The translations under genes were made by a program, and so were the position numbers. From an uncultured Verrucomicrobiae bacterium (GTDB lineage: Bacteria; Verrucomicrobiota; Verrucomicrobiia; Chthoniobacterales; JAFAMB01): 64,000 nt of DNA. Below the pieces are notes generated by a model that was given only the letters and a program-made list of their open reading frames with translations, was not told where the DNA came from and did not search any database. Position 1 is the first letter of the stretch, and each line of letters opens with the position of its first letter. Where the stretch lies: NCBI GenBank assembly GCA_963837955.1, contig CAWIPH010000002.1, forward strand, positions 640,001 to 704,000, given 5' to 3'. Positions 1 through 9,861 of this stretch are shown here, one piece after another.

Positions 1-165
1 CGACCGCAGCAAACGGTGGACATAGCTGGTGAACCGACCGAACTGATGGCTCGAGGTCGCCACGATCCCTGCGTGCTGCCCCGGGCTGTTCCGATGGTAG
101 AGGCAATGACTTGGCTCGTCCTCTGCGACCATTACCTTCGCCAGAGAGCATTGGTTGGCAAGTGA
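1..165 (+). CDS. aroC: Chorismate synthase, 3' end (partial)
   Basis: Frame +1 reads ...[20 protein letters not shown]...LVGK*, which contains the RHDPC chorismate synthase signature. Not in the ORF track. Confidence 0.93.
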   Translation, partial: RPQQTVDIAGEPTELMARGRHDPCVLPRAVPMVEAMTWLVLCDHYLRQRALVGK

Positions 166-177
166 CGCGGATACGAT

Positions 178-1023
178 ATGACGGGCATCGGTACAGATGG
201 CTCGGAATATTGGCGAACCTTTTTTTTTGCGCTTGCCGGTGGCTGGGTTCTTCTGTCGATCTTTCGTGGTTGGGCTCAGGGTATTCTGCGACAACTGCTG
301 GTGCCTCTGGCGATTCTCAGTGCCTCGATCATCGCCGCTCTGGTTACACCCATGGCATCCGGTTATTTTCGCGGGTTGCCGGCCCCTGTCGTGGCATTGC
401 TTGTCGCCACTGGCATTTGGTTGTTCACCTATAACCTCTTGCTATTCATCGGCGGGATAATCTTTAAACGTACCCGCGACCAGGATTTCGTGATCATTCG
501 TCTATTTTTTGGGGTAGGTGGGGCGGCCATTGCAGTCGTTTTTGCTCTTCTCCAAATTTGGCTGGTCGTGGTTGGGGTCCGCTTTTTTGGCCGAATTGCC
601 GAAGACCAGATCGCGATCCAATCCGCCCGCGGTGTTGCCCCTGGCGGTTTTGTAGTAGGACTCGCTCGCCTAAAAAACTCAGTGGAGCTGGGATCAGGCA
701 AAGTCATTCTCGATCAACTAGATCCGATACCTCAAGGCGTTTACAACCGGTTGCACCAGTGCAGTCTTTTACTGGCGAACCCGCGCGCGATGGGGCGTTT
801 GCTCGAGTTCCCAGCGTTTCATGGCCTCTGGGAAGATCCCAGAATTCGAGCGTTGCAGGCTGATCCGGAGATACTGGAGGCTGTGCGGCGAGGCGACTTC
901 TTGTCCGTTATCATGAATCCGCGGGTGATCGCTTTGAGCAACGATCCAAATATCCGGGCGCTGCTTTCAGGAGATCAAATTCGATCTGCCTGTGACTATG
1001 CCAGCGAGGATACCAATCGGTGA
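178..1023 (+). CDS. CvpA (colicin V production)-like membrane protein with C-terminal helical extension
   Basis: Four hydrophobic N-terminal segments with a 'RGWAQGILRQL' CvpA-like pattern, then a soluble DP/NP-rich tail. Confidence 0.6.
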   Translation: MTGIGTDGSEYWRTFFFALAGGWVLLSIFRGWAQGILRQLLVPLAILSASIIAALVTPMASGYFRGLPAPVVALLVATGIWLFTYNLLLFIGGIIFKRTRDQDFVIIRLFFGVGGAAIAVVFALLQIWLVVVGVRFFGRIAEDQIAIQSARGVAPGGFVVGLARLKNSVELGSGKVILDQLDPIPQGVYNRLHQCSLLLANPRAMGRLLEFPAFHGLWEDPRIRALQADPEILEAVRRGDFLSVIMNPRVIALSNDPNIRALLSGDQIRSACDYASEDTNR

Positions 1024-1497
1024 CGCTACACCGGCCTATTGCGAAGGTGGATCAAGCCCGACGCGAACCAATTCATGAACCTGACAACGTTATCCGCGCG
1101 CCGAGGGTTCAGGACCGAAAACAAGGCTGGTCGCCGCCATGCTCGTCCTCGAAGGGTTGGGAACTCCCAAGGCCCATACGGTTGCTATTGAGAGATCCGA
1201 GATTAGCTTATCGCACAGCGCGATTATCTGACCATCCTCCGCTTGCCCCCACCCATCTTACACCCTTAAGGTTCAACAGTTCGGACGAGCATTCCGGATT
1301 GCCCGCGATGAACGATGTTGCGGCGTGCTGGCGTTTCGATGACCAGAGTCTCGCGCGTACCAGAGAGAGCTCCATATGATCGCAATTGGTCTACCTGTTC
1401 GGACTGCGTCACTCGCGTGGCTCGATTAGCCGACCTGTTGACTACAGTTGCGAAACCAGATGGAGAGTGGGGGAACTAATCGTTAGAGAGAGGAAAA

Positions 1498-2442
1498 ATG
1501 AAATACACAGTTAGAGGAATCGCGACCTGCCTGTTCAGCGCGATACTTGTACTGGGTGGCGCCGGCACAGGGCAGGCGCAGCAAACGAAGAAGCCTGTTA
1601 TCGGGCTAGTAATGAAATCATTGGCAAACGAGTTCTTTAAAGACATGCAGGAAGGAGCCGTGAAGCACGCGCAAGAGCGTGGCGACCTCACCCTTATCCC
1701 TGTGGGGATGCACTCGGAGACCGACATCGACACGCAGGTTAACGCGGTCGAAAACTTCATCACGCAAAAGGTGGATGCGATCGTGGTGGCTCCTGCCGAC
1801 TCGCGTGCGCTCGTTCCCCCATTGGCTCGCGCGATTAAGGCCGGTATCGTGGTTATCAATATCGACGTCGCACTCGATGAGGCGGCAAAGAAACAGGCCG
1901 GTGTCGATTTGGCCTTCGTGGGTCCCGATAATCGCGCTGGCGCCAAAATGGCTGGTGAGGTGCTAGCCAAGGCGCTTGGTGCGGGAGGAAAAGTGGTGAT
2001 TATCGAGGGCAACCCTGGCGCCGATAACGCCCAGCAGCGAAAACGCGGCTTTGATGACGCAGTCCAAGAGGGTAAACTCAACCTGCTTGAGTCCCGCACC
2101 GCCCATTGGGAGACGGAAGAGGCCAACACCGTCTTCTCGAATCTGCTGACTGCCCATCCCGACATCCAGGGCGTGATGGCGGCGAACGACTCGATGGCGC
2201 TCGGCGTTGTGAAGGCCATCGATGCTGCCGGCAAATCGAAGCAGATCAAGGTTGTAGGCTTCGACAATATTGCCGCAGTTCAGCCACTACTCAAAGAGGG
2301 CAAGATGATTGCCACCATCGACCAGTTCGGCAGTCAGATGGCAGCCAACGGAATTGATTATGCGATGAAGGCGCTCAAGGGCGAGAAACTGGAGGGATGG
2401 ATCAAGACTCCGATCAAGCTCGTGACAGCGAGTGGATACTGA
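1498..2442 (+). CDS. Sugar ABC transporter substrate-binding protein (RbsB-like)
   Basis: Signal peptide; 'MKSLANEFF', 'ANDSMALG' and 'VVGFD' motifs; AGAGGA RBS. Confidence 0.9.
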   Translation: MKYTVRGIATCLFSAILVLGGAGTGQAQQTKKPVIGLVMKSLANEFFKDMQEGAVKHAQERGDLTLIPVGMHSETDIDTQVNAVENFITQKVDAIVVAPADSRALVPPLARAIKAGIVVINIDVALDEAAKKQAGVDLAFVGPDNRAGAKMAGEVLAKALGAGGKVVIIEGNPGADNAQQRKRGFDDAVQEGKLNLLESRTAHWETEEANTVFSNLLTAHPDIQGVMAANDSMALGVVKAIDAAGKSKQIKVVGFDNIAAVQPLLKEGKMIATIDQFGSQMAANGIDYAMKALKGEKLEGWIKTPIKLVTASGY

Positions 2443-4018
2443 CTCATATAGCGGCGGCCGATCCCGGTCGCCGCTTCTCGAGATAAAGGGGCTGACGAAA
2501 CGTTTCCCTGGCGTGACCGCGCTCGACGCGGTCGATCTGTCCTTGGCACCAGGCGAGATCCATGCGCTCGTTGGCGAAAACGGCGCCGGCAAATCGACGC
2601 TGATCAAGCTCCTTTGCGGGAGCTATATTCCAGACGCTGGCGAGATGCGGTTTTGTGGCGCGCCGTACACTCCGCAATCACCGCTTGACGCGCTTGAAGC
2701 TGGCATCCGAGTGGTTTACCAGGAATTCAACCTTCTCCCGTACCTCTCCGTCGCTGAGAACCTCCTCTTTGACCATCTGCCACGACGCTACGGTTTATTG
2801 CTCGATTACAGCACACTCCACAAACGCGCCGCGGAACTGCTGAAGCAGGTCGGGCTCGACGTCGACCCGCACACGCGTGTTGAGCATCTTGGTATAGCTC
2901 AGCGCCAGCTACTGGAGATTGGCAAGGCGCTATCCTCCGCAAGCCGGTTGCTAATCCTCGACGAGCCGACCGCGACTCTCACGTTACGAGAGATTCGACG
3001 GCTCTTCGAAATTATCCGAGATGTGCGCGCTTCGGGTGTAACGGTCATCTTTGTATCCCATCATCTTAATGAGATCTTTGATCTTTGCGACGCCGTCACC
3101 GTGCTACGTAACGGCCGACGGATCGCGTCGCTTCCCGTTGCGGCGACGAGCTCGCCGGAGATCGTGCATCTGATGGTCGGACATGAATTGGAGACGGCAC
3201 TCGCTGGCGGCCGGACGCTTGAAAAGCCGTCGCGCGGGCCAGCGGCAATTCGGGTGCAAGACCTGCGTTTTCGTGGCAACGCCCACGGTATATCTTTCGC
3301 TTTGCAGTACGGCGAAATTCTTGGCTTTGCGGGATTGGTTGGCTCCGGGCGAACCGAAATGCTTCGAGCAATTTTTGGTGCTGACCGGCGCGACGGCGGA
3401 GAAATCTACCGCGACGAACAACGGGTCCTTTTTGATCATCCGAGGGCAGCGGTCAGGCATGGCGTTTGCCTTTTGACCGAGAATCGCAAGGAGGAGGGAC
3501 TAGTGCTCCCAATGGCGGTGCGTGTCAACGTGACGCTTACAGATCTCGCTCGGATTTCGCGCGCTGGATTGCTGAACGGAGGTACGGAGAAGACCATGGC
3601 ACAAAATTGGGCCGCCGAACTCGATATGCGTATCGCCTCCCTGGAGCAGGCGGCACTCGATCTCTCCGGCGGAAACCAGCAGAAGCTGGTTATTGCCAAG
3701 TGGCTCTTTCGCAATGCGGATGTGCTGATGCTGGACGAGCCAACCCGAGGTATCGACGTTGGCGCGAAGGCTGAGATTCATGATTTGCTCCGGCGGTTGG
3801 CTTCGGCTGGCAAGGCCGTACTCGTCGTTTCTTCGGAAATTCCTGAGCTCGTAGCGCTCTGTGACCGCATTCTCGTGCTCTGGCGCGGACGGGTCGTTGG
3901 CGAACTCCGGCGAGATGAGTTTAACGAAGCGCGGATCCTTTCGGTCGCTTGCGGTGAGTCGATGGCCGGCGAGAACATTTCGCTTCGCGGCTTTACCATA
4001 GGACGCTCAGATGATTGA
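2432..4018 (+). CDS. Sugar ABC transporter ATP-binding protein (RbsA-like, two ABC domains)
   Basis: GENGAGKST Walker A, LSGGNQQK signature, DEPTRGIDVGAK. Confidence 0.93.
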   Translation: MDTDSYSGGRSRSPLLEIKGLTKRFPGVTALDAVDLSLAPGEIHALVGENGAGKSTLIKLLCGSYIPDAGEMRFCGAPYTPQSPLDALEAGIRVVYQEFNLLPYLSVAENLLFDHLPRRYGLLLDYSTLHKRAAELLKQVGLDVDPHTRVEHLGIAQRQLLEIGKALSSASRLLILDEPTATLTLREIRRLFEIIRDVRASGVTVIFVSHHLNEIFDLCDAVTVLRNGRRIASLPVAATSSPEIVHLMVGHELETALAGGRTLEKPSRGPAAIRVQDLRFRGNAHGISFALQYGEILGFAGLVGSGRTEMLRAIFGADRRDGGEIYRDEQRVLFDHPRAAVRHGVCLLTENRKEEGLVLPMAVRVNVTLTDLARISRAGLLNGGTEKTMAQNWAAELDMRIASLEQAALDLSGGNQQKLVIAKWLFRNADVLMLDEPTRGIDVGAKAEIHDLLRRLASAGKAVLVVSSEIPELVALCDRILVLWRGRVVGELRRDEFNEARILSVACGESMAGENISLRGFTIGRSDD

Positions 4019-5066
4019 GAGTGACCATCCGGCCGAAGGTCAGCAGACCGAAATACCAGCAGCCGCCGAGCCCATCGGCACTGCCAGAGCTGGACAACGT
4101 AGGTTAGCATTCTTGCAGCGCGTTCTACGCGAGGCTGGAATTGGCATCGCTCTTCTCCTGATGATCGTCGTTTTCTCGAGCTTCGCGCGGCACTTCACCG
4201 ATGAGTCGAATATTACCAACATTCTGACGCAGGTTACGATCAACCTCATCATGGCGACAGGGATGACGTTTGTGATCCTGATTGGCGGCATCGATCTGTC
4301 GGTTGGCTCGGTCTTGGCATTTGCAGCCATGGTCGCTGGGGTCGTGCTGAAAAGCGAGGCACTGCCGGTCCCAGCCGCGATTACGCTCGCCGTGTTAACG
4401 AGCATCGCAGTCGGCATGGCATGTGGCCTCATGAACGGTTTTATCGCCAGTTTCTGGCGCGTTCCTTCCTTCATTGTGACGCTCGGTATGTTGAACGTAG
4501 CTCGCGGAGCCGCGCTGGAAGTGACCAACGCTCGCACGCTTTTTGAATTTCCGAATGAGTTTAATGCTTTCGGGACGGCGACATTGCTCGGCATCCCAGC
4601 CATCTTCCTGGTCGCCCTAATGCTAGTTCTGCTCGGTTGGGCGGTGCTGACCCGGACGGTTTTTGGCCGCCTTATCTATGCCATCGGTAACAATGAGGAA
4701 GCAGTGCGCCTATCCGGCCACAATACCTTCTTTTACAAGGTCTCGGCTTTCGTCATTTCCGGTCTGACGGTCGGCATCGGCGCAATCATTTACATGTCTC
4801 GACTAACCATCGCAAGCCCTATCCTGGGAAGTGGTTTCGAGCTTAACGCGATCGCTGCTGTGATCATAGGTGGGACTAGTCTCAATGGTGGCCGTGGTTC
4901 CCTCATAGGCACCTTCCTCGGGGCCTGTCTGATCGGCGTGCTCGCGGATGGCCTAATCCTCATGGGTGTTGGAGATTTCGTACGGCAGATGATCACTGGT
5001 GGTGTTATCATCCTCGCGGTTATCGTCGACTCCTATCGAGCCAGATTAGCAGAGCGGACGCGTTGA
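4011..5066 (+). CDS. Sugar ABC transporter permease (RbsC-like)
   Basis: GGIDLSVGS, PSFIVTLG and ELNAIAAVIIGGTSL motifs. Confidence 0.93.
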   Translation: MIESDHPAEGQQTEIPAAAEPIGTARAGQRRLAFLQRVLREAGIGIALLLMIVVFSSFARHFTDESNITNILTQVTINLIMATGMTFVILIGGIDLSVGSVLAFAAMVAGVVLKSEALPVPAAITLAVLTSIAVGMACGLMNGFIASFWRVPSFIVTLGMLNVARGAALEVTNARTLFEFPNEFNAFGTATLLGIPAIFLVALMLVLLGWAVLTRTVFGRLIYAIGNNEEAVRLSGHNTFFYKVSAFVISGLTVGIGAIIYMSRLTIASPILGSGFELNAIAAVIIGGTSLNGGRGSLIGTFLGACLIGVLADGLILMGVGDFVRQMITGGVIILAVIVDSYRARLAERTR

Positions 5067-5173
5067 AATCAGAACTCCCGAAAGCTTGATTCCGCGGTGA
5101 AACCATCCTAATTGCTCGAAATACATCATACCCGGTATGAAAAATTGTCATTATTATCAGGCAGATCATCGGC

Positions 5174-6631
5174 ATGAGTAGCGATTACGTAGCAACAATT
5201 GGACTGGAAGTTCACGTGCAACTAAAGACCAAGACAAAAATGTTTTGTGGTTGCGCTGTGGAGTATGGCGCGGAGCCGAACGTACACGTCTGCCCAGTTT
5301 GTCTTGGTCTTCCTGGTTCGCTACCAGTCATGAATCTTAAGGCGCTGAAAATGACGGCACTCACCGGCCTGATCTTTAAGTGCGATATCGCACCGATCTG
5401 TAAGTTCGATCGAAAGAATTATTTTTATCCGGATATGCCGAAGAATTATCAGATCTCTCAATATGATCTGCCGCTTTGCCAAAACGGAGAAGTGCCTCTG
5501 TCCGACTTGGCCTATCCGAAGGACGCTCAGAAGAATATCCGCAACCCGGATAAACGGGTTCGTTTGACGCGGATTCACTTGGAAGAAGACGTGGCTAAGA
5601 GCACTCACTTTGAGACTACGAGCGGTATCGATTTCAACCGAGCCGGAACACCACTCATGGAAATTGTCTCCGAGCCGGATATCGAATCGCCAGAGGAAGC
5701 TTTCGCTTATCTGACATCATTAAAGCAGGCCCTCATCTATGGGAGTGTGAGCGATGCCGACATGGAAAAAGGGCAGTTGCGGTGCGATTGCAACGTTTCG
5801 GTTCGCCCGCTTCAACAAGCGGAATATGGAGCCAAAATCGAATTGAAGAACCTCAACTCGATCAGTGGCGTCCGACGAGCGTTGGCTTTCGAAATCCAAC
5901 GTCAAATTGAAGTCTTATCGAAAGGTGAAAAACTGCGCCAAGAAACGCGCCGTTGGGACGATGATTTGGGCGAGACGATTTTGATGCGAACCAAAGAATC
6001 GGCTCACGATTACCGCTATTTCCCTGACCCTGATTTGCTACCGGTAAAAACGGAAGTTTTTATGCAAGAGGTTCGCGACGCATTACCGGAGCTACCGTGG
6101 GAAAAACGGGAGCGTTTTGTCCGGCAATATGGGATCAGCGGCTATGACGCCGGTGTTCTGGCGGACGATCTAGCTCTCTCTCGCTACTTTGAGTCAGCCG
6201 CGAAAGACGCAAAGAAACCGAAAGCAATTGCCAATTACGTCTTAAATGATTTGCTGAGTGCCTTAAGCGCTGCATCAAAATCGGTCGATGAATGCCCGAT
6301 ACCTCCGGCGCATCTCCAAGCTTTGGCCAACCTGGTCGAAGACGGAAAGATCAACAGCAAGCAAGCGAAAGAAGTATTCGCCGAAATGTTCACTTCCGGG
6401 AATGCTCCTGACGATATCGTGGAAGCGAAAGGGCTAAAACAGGAAAGTGATTTGGGAGCGATCGAGGCAATCTGCCAAGAGGTGATCCGGGCCAATCCAA
6501 AATCGGTCGAAGATTATCGGGCTGGAAAAGCTGCAGCGATCAATTTTCTGAAAGGCCAAGTCATGAAAGCCTCGAAAGGAAAGGCGAATCCTAACCTGGT
6601 GGGTGAGACACTCGAGCGACTTTTGAAGTGA
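5174..6631 (+). CDS. gatB: Asp/Glu-tRNA(Asn/Gln) amidotransferase subunit B
   Basis: IGLEVHVQL, FDRKNYFYPD, DFNRAGTPLMEIVSEPD, YRYFPDPDL. Confidence 0.97.
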   Translation: MSSDYVATIGLEVHVQLKTKTKMFCGCAVEYGAEPNVHVCPVCLGLPGSLPVMNLKALKMTALTGLIFKCDIAPICKFDRKNYFYPDMPKNYQISQYDLPLCQNGEVPLSDLAYPKDAQKNIRNPDKRVRLTRIHLEEDVAKSTHFETTSGIDFNRAGTPLMEIVSEPDIESPEEAFAYLTSLKQALIYGSVSDADMEKGQLRCDCNVSVRPLQQAEYGAKIELKNLNSISGVRRALAFEIQRQIEVLSKGEKLRQETRRWDDDLGETILMRTKESAHDYRYFPDPDLLPVKTEVFMQEVRDALPELPWEKRERFVRQYGISGYDAGVLADDLALSRYFESAAKDAKKPKAIANYVLNDLLSALSAASKSVDECPIPPAHLQALANLVEDGKINSKQAKEVFAEMFTSGNAPDDIVEAKGLKQESDLGAIEAICQEVIRANPKSVEDYRAGKAAAINFLKGQVMKASKGKANPNLVGETLERLLK

Positions 6632-6686
6632 ACTGATCCCAAACACTCCGCCCTGACAGGCTGGGTTCCCCGCTCACTCTCCAGTC

Positions 6687-9347
6687 TCAGTGTTCATTTA
6701 CGGCCGCCTGAACGCGGCCATCCAATTTCTTCAGCACCCAATCATCCACGTCCGGAAGAAGATGGTCTTTCAGCTTGGCCCGAAAATGCAGTTGATCAGC
6801 CGCAGCTTTGGCCTTGCTCAGAGAGTTGGCTGATCCTCGACTTCGAGCTAGCTGGACGAATTCATCTGCGTACTCCGAGGCATTGAAGCCCTCGGCAATC
6901 CTCGGCAATAAATCCGACCAAAGTGAGTCGCCGCGTTGCGCATACAAATTGTCCAAATGAGCTTTGGTGAACCGCCAGGCGAGGTCGGCGTGCTCACCCG
7001 TCAAGGCAATCGCTGAAAACGCAGTGGTTGACTCTGCTGTCGATATCTCCTTGGTGAGAGTGAGGTCTAGTGTTTGCTTTGCTAACTCCGGATCGAGGGC
7101 GACCTCGAGCGCACGATAATAGTCTTGTTTCGCTTCCAGCAATGATGCTTGCTGCGCGAGCTGGCGTAACTCTTCATAAACTTCCGGAGAGCTATAGCGC
7201 CCCACTACCTGGGCGATAGCCCGGCGCAAGTCGGGTGAAAGGTCCGCTTGTCCTTTCCGAGATTCTTCAAATCGCCGGAATGCTTCATCGATGACAATCC
7301 GATCGCCGAATATACCGAGTGTCTGGATCAGATCGCTTCGGAGCAATTTAGTAGCCAATTCCTCGTCCGATTTTGAATCCCATCCGACCCTTTCAAAGAG
7401 TGGCCCGAGCAAAGTACAGACATATGCCTGATAAGCCGCCCGGCCGGTGGCTCCCCGTTCCAGCCGATCGATCATCGTAAGAGCCTGGATTACGTTATGC
7501 CAAACGCTGTAACTCGTTTCGGAGCGCAAACGATCCAACAATGCCAAGTAAGAAGTGATGGGGGTTCGATTCGACATTACCATCGCCCAAGTGTCGGAAA
7601 CAAAATCGACGCGCTCTTCCTCGCTCAAACGGTTCCAATCCCGGCCAAGTCGGCTCAGTAAATCGGGATCGTACCAAACGCGGTAAAAGCCGAAGCTATC
7701 GGCATTCGCATTGAGTGCTCCGTCACAACCTGGAAAGTCGAAGTTCTCGGTAATCTTCTCCAGCAGAGCATACCTCGGTCGATGTGGATCGGCGGTCGAG
7801 AGAATACCGATCGGAACGACCCAGGGTTGGGTAACACTACCATTCGGCTCAAATGAGAAACGGGACTGTTCCAAGGTCACTACCCTGTTCTTGTTCATGC
7901 ATTCGGCGGTCATCTTGATCAGGGGAAACCCCGGCTGCTCGATCCAGCTCGATGCCAGCTTGGTCACGGAGCGACTGCTACTCTTTTCCAATGCGTTCCA
8001 AAGGTTCGTGGCGTTCGCGTTCGAGAATTGATTCTCCTTCAAATAGAGACGAATACCGTCCCGGAATGCGTCGTCCCCGATGAATCCTTCGAGCATGCGA
8101 ATGAAATACTGCCCTTTCCAGTAGGTGATATCGTCGAAAGCATCGACTGCTTCGTCTTCGCCGTTGATCGCTTGTTGGATCGGATGAGTATTTTCCTGCG
8201 CGTCTTGGAACATCGCTCGTTCGCGATCTTCGCACGATCGCAGCCAGCCTCGCCATTGTGGGTACAAACGCTCCTCTGCCTTCCGCTCCATCCAAGTGGC
8301 GAAGCTTTCGCTTAGCCAAAGATTATCCCACCAGGCGATCGTCACGAGGTCGCCAAACCATTGGTGTGCAACTTCGTGAGCCACGACGGTGAAGGCCTGC
8401 TCTTGGGTTGCGCTTGAGCTGTTCCCAGGATCAAACAACAGCAGGTTTTCGTTATATACGATTGCTCCCCAGTTCTCCATCGCGCCTCCAAAATTTACGG
8501 GAAGCGCTATCTGATCGAGTTTCGGTAGCGGATAAGCGATTCCGAAATAGTCGTTGTAGTATTCCAGGAGCTTCTTCGTGCTCTCGAGAGCAAACTCGCC
8601 GAATTCTTTTTTCCCGGGCGTAGTGAGCACGCGAAGCCTGACCCCCGCCACCTGATCTTCCAACCATTCCAGTTTGCCGCAGACCAGGGACACGAGATAG
8701 CTGGCCATCGGTGGGGTCCGCCCAAAAATGACAATCTTTTGGTCATTCCCGAACGCCTGTTCCGCTACGGCCGGCATGTTGGAGACGGCGATGTTCTTTT
8801 TCAGGGTCTTTATGGACAGCTGAAACGTTGCTCGGAATGAGGGCTCGTCCCAGCAGGGAAATACCCGACGCGCGTCTGCCGGCTCAAACTGTGTGGCCAA
8901 CAAGGACTCCGGTTTGCCGCGGAGGTCGTACGACTGAGCGAACAAACCGCGCGAACCATTGCTGATCTTGCTGCGAAATGAGAAGGAGAGTGTATAGCTG
9001 CCCGGTTGAAGAGGCACCGACGTAATGAACTTGACTACCTGGTTGGCGGCGTCGAATTGCGGTTTCAACTCCTCGCGTGAAGATCCATGCGCAAGCGAGG
9101 CATTCCAGATCTCGGTCTCGACAGCGTTCAAAACGATCTGGCTGGAGGGTTTTAGTACCTCTATCTCCACCCCTTCCGCCCCCTCCGTCGTCATCTGTTC
9201 AACGTCAGGCTCCAGATGAATGACATAATGCCGAGGCACCAGGGTCTTCGGAAGTTTTCCAGGCGCATTTTCGAAGATGAATTTCTCTTGCGCGCGGGCT
9301 CCGAACGTCACCAATGCCAGCAAGAGGAGGGTGGACGAAGCTCGCAT
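6687..9347 (-). CDS. M1 family zinc aminopeptidase with ERAP1-like C-terminal domain, probably exported
   Basis: GAMEN, HEVAH and downstream Glu (WLSESFA) motifs. Start chosen at MRASSTLLLL (signal peptide); the longer ORF (to 9446) overlaps rlmH. Confidence 0.9.
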   Translation of the reverse strand: MRASSTLLLLALVTFGARAQEKFIFENAPGKLPKTLVPRHYVIHLEPDVEQMTTEGAEGVEIEVLKPSSQIVLNAVETEIWNASLAHGSSREELKPQFDAANQVVKFITSVPLQPGSYTLSFSFRSKISNGSRGLFAQSYDLRGKPESLLATQFEPADARRVFPCWDEPSFRATFQLSIKTLKKNIAVSNMPAVAEQAFGNDQKIVIFGRTPPMASYLVSLVCGKLEWLEDQVAGVRLRVLTTPGKKEFGEFALESTKKLLEYYNDYFGIAYPLPKLDQIALPVNFGGAMENWGAIVYNENLLLFDPGNSSSATQEQAFTVVAHEVAHQWFGDLVTIAWWDNLWLSESFATWMERKAEERLYPQWRGWLRSCEDRERAMFQDAQENTHPIQQAINGEDEAVDAFDDITYWKGQYFIRMLEGFIGDDAFRDGIRLYLKENQFSNANATNLWNALEKSSSRSVTKLASSWIEQPGFPLIKMTAECMNKNRVVTLEQSRFSFEPNGSVTQPWVVPIGILSTADPHRPRYALLEKITENFDFPGCDGALNANADSFGFYRVWYDPDLLSRLGRDWNRLSEEERVDFVSDTWAMVMSNRTPITSYLALLDRLRSETSYSVWHNVIQALTMIDRLERGATGRAAYQAYVCTLLGPLFERVGWDSKSDEELATKLLRSDLIQTLGIFGDRIVIDEAFRRFEESRKGQADLSPDLRRAIAQVVGRYSSPEVYEELRQLAQQASLLEAKQDYYRALEVALDPELAKQTLDLTLTKEISTAESTTAFSAIALTGEHADLAWRFTKAHLDNLYAQRGDSLWSDLLPRIAEGFNASEYADEFVQLARSRGSANSLSKAKAAADQLHFRAKLKDHLLPDVDDWVLKKLDGRVQAAVNEH

Positions 9348-9420
9348 TAGAAAATGTTGGGGGGGTCGCCCGGAAAAATTAGAGGCAACCAGCTCCCTGA
9401 AGCAACGCAATTCTCTGTGC

Positions 9421-9861
9421 TTAGACACGATGGTATGGCGCGCCACTGAGAATCGAGTAAGCGCGATAGACTTGTTCCAGAGCGAGCATGAGCGTCAGCT
9501 CGTGTTGCAAAGTCAACCGGCTTAACGCCCAGAGCCAGTCAGCCTCCAACCGGATCTGTTCAGAGTGACCCTCTGCGCCACCCACGATGAGCGAGATTCT
9601 TCGGGTTGCGCGAAGTTGGTGTTCTGAAAGAAACTCAGCCAACTCTGCACTCGAGCTTTGCACGCCTCGTTCATCGAGAACGATTCGAAAACTCTGTTGG
9701 CTCTCTTCGAGGATCCGAGCTGTCAGAGCTTGGGGCTTCGCCGAACTCAGGAAGCGCAACTCGCAAGGAGCGAAACGGCGAACCCGAATGAGATATTCCT
9801 GAATCCCTTCTGCGGCAAACCGAAGCTTTGGCTTGCCGACCGCTATGACTTTCCAAGTCAC
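9421..9861 (-). CDS. rlmH: 23S rRNA pseudouridine(1915)-N3 methyltransferase
   Basis: IAVGK, LDERG, GGAEG, LSRLTLQH and EQVYRA..I..G.PYH SPOUT motifs. Confidence 0.93.
   Translation of the reverse strand: MTWKVIAVGKPKLRFAAEGIQEYLIRVRRFAPCELRFLSSAKPQALTARILEESQQSFRIVLDERGVQSSSAELAEFLSEHQLRATRRISLIVGGAEGHSEQIRLEADWLWALSRLTLQHELTLMLALEQVYRAYSILSGAPYHRV

Noticed and set aside
1020..1379. 119-aa ORF between the CvpA-like gene and the ABC operon
   Set aside because: Arg/Pro-rich with no motif or clear RBS; probably non-coding.
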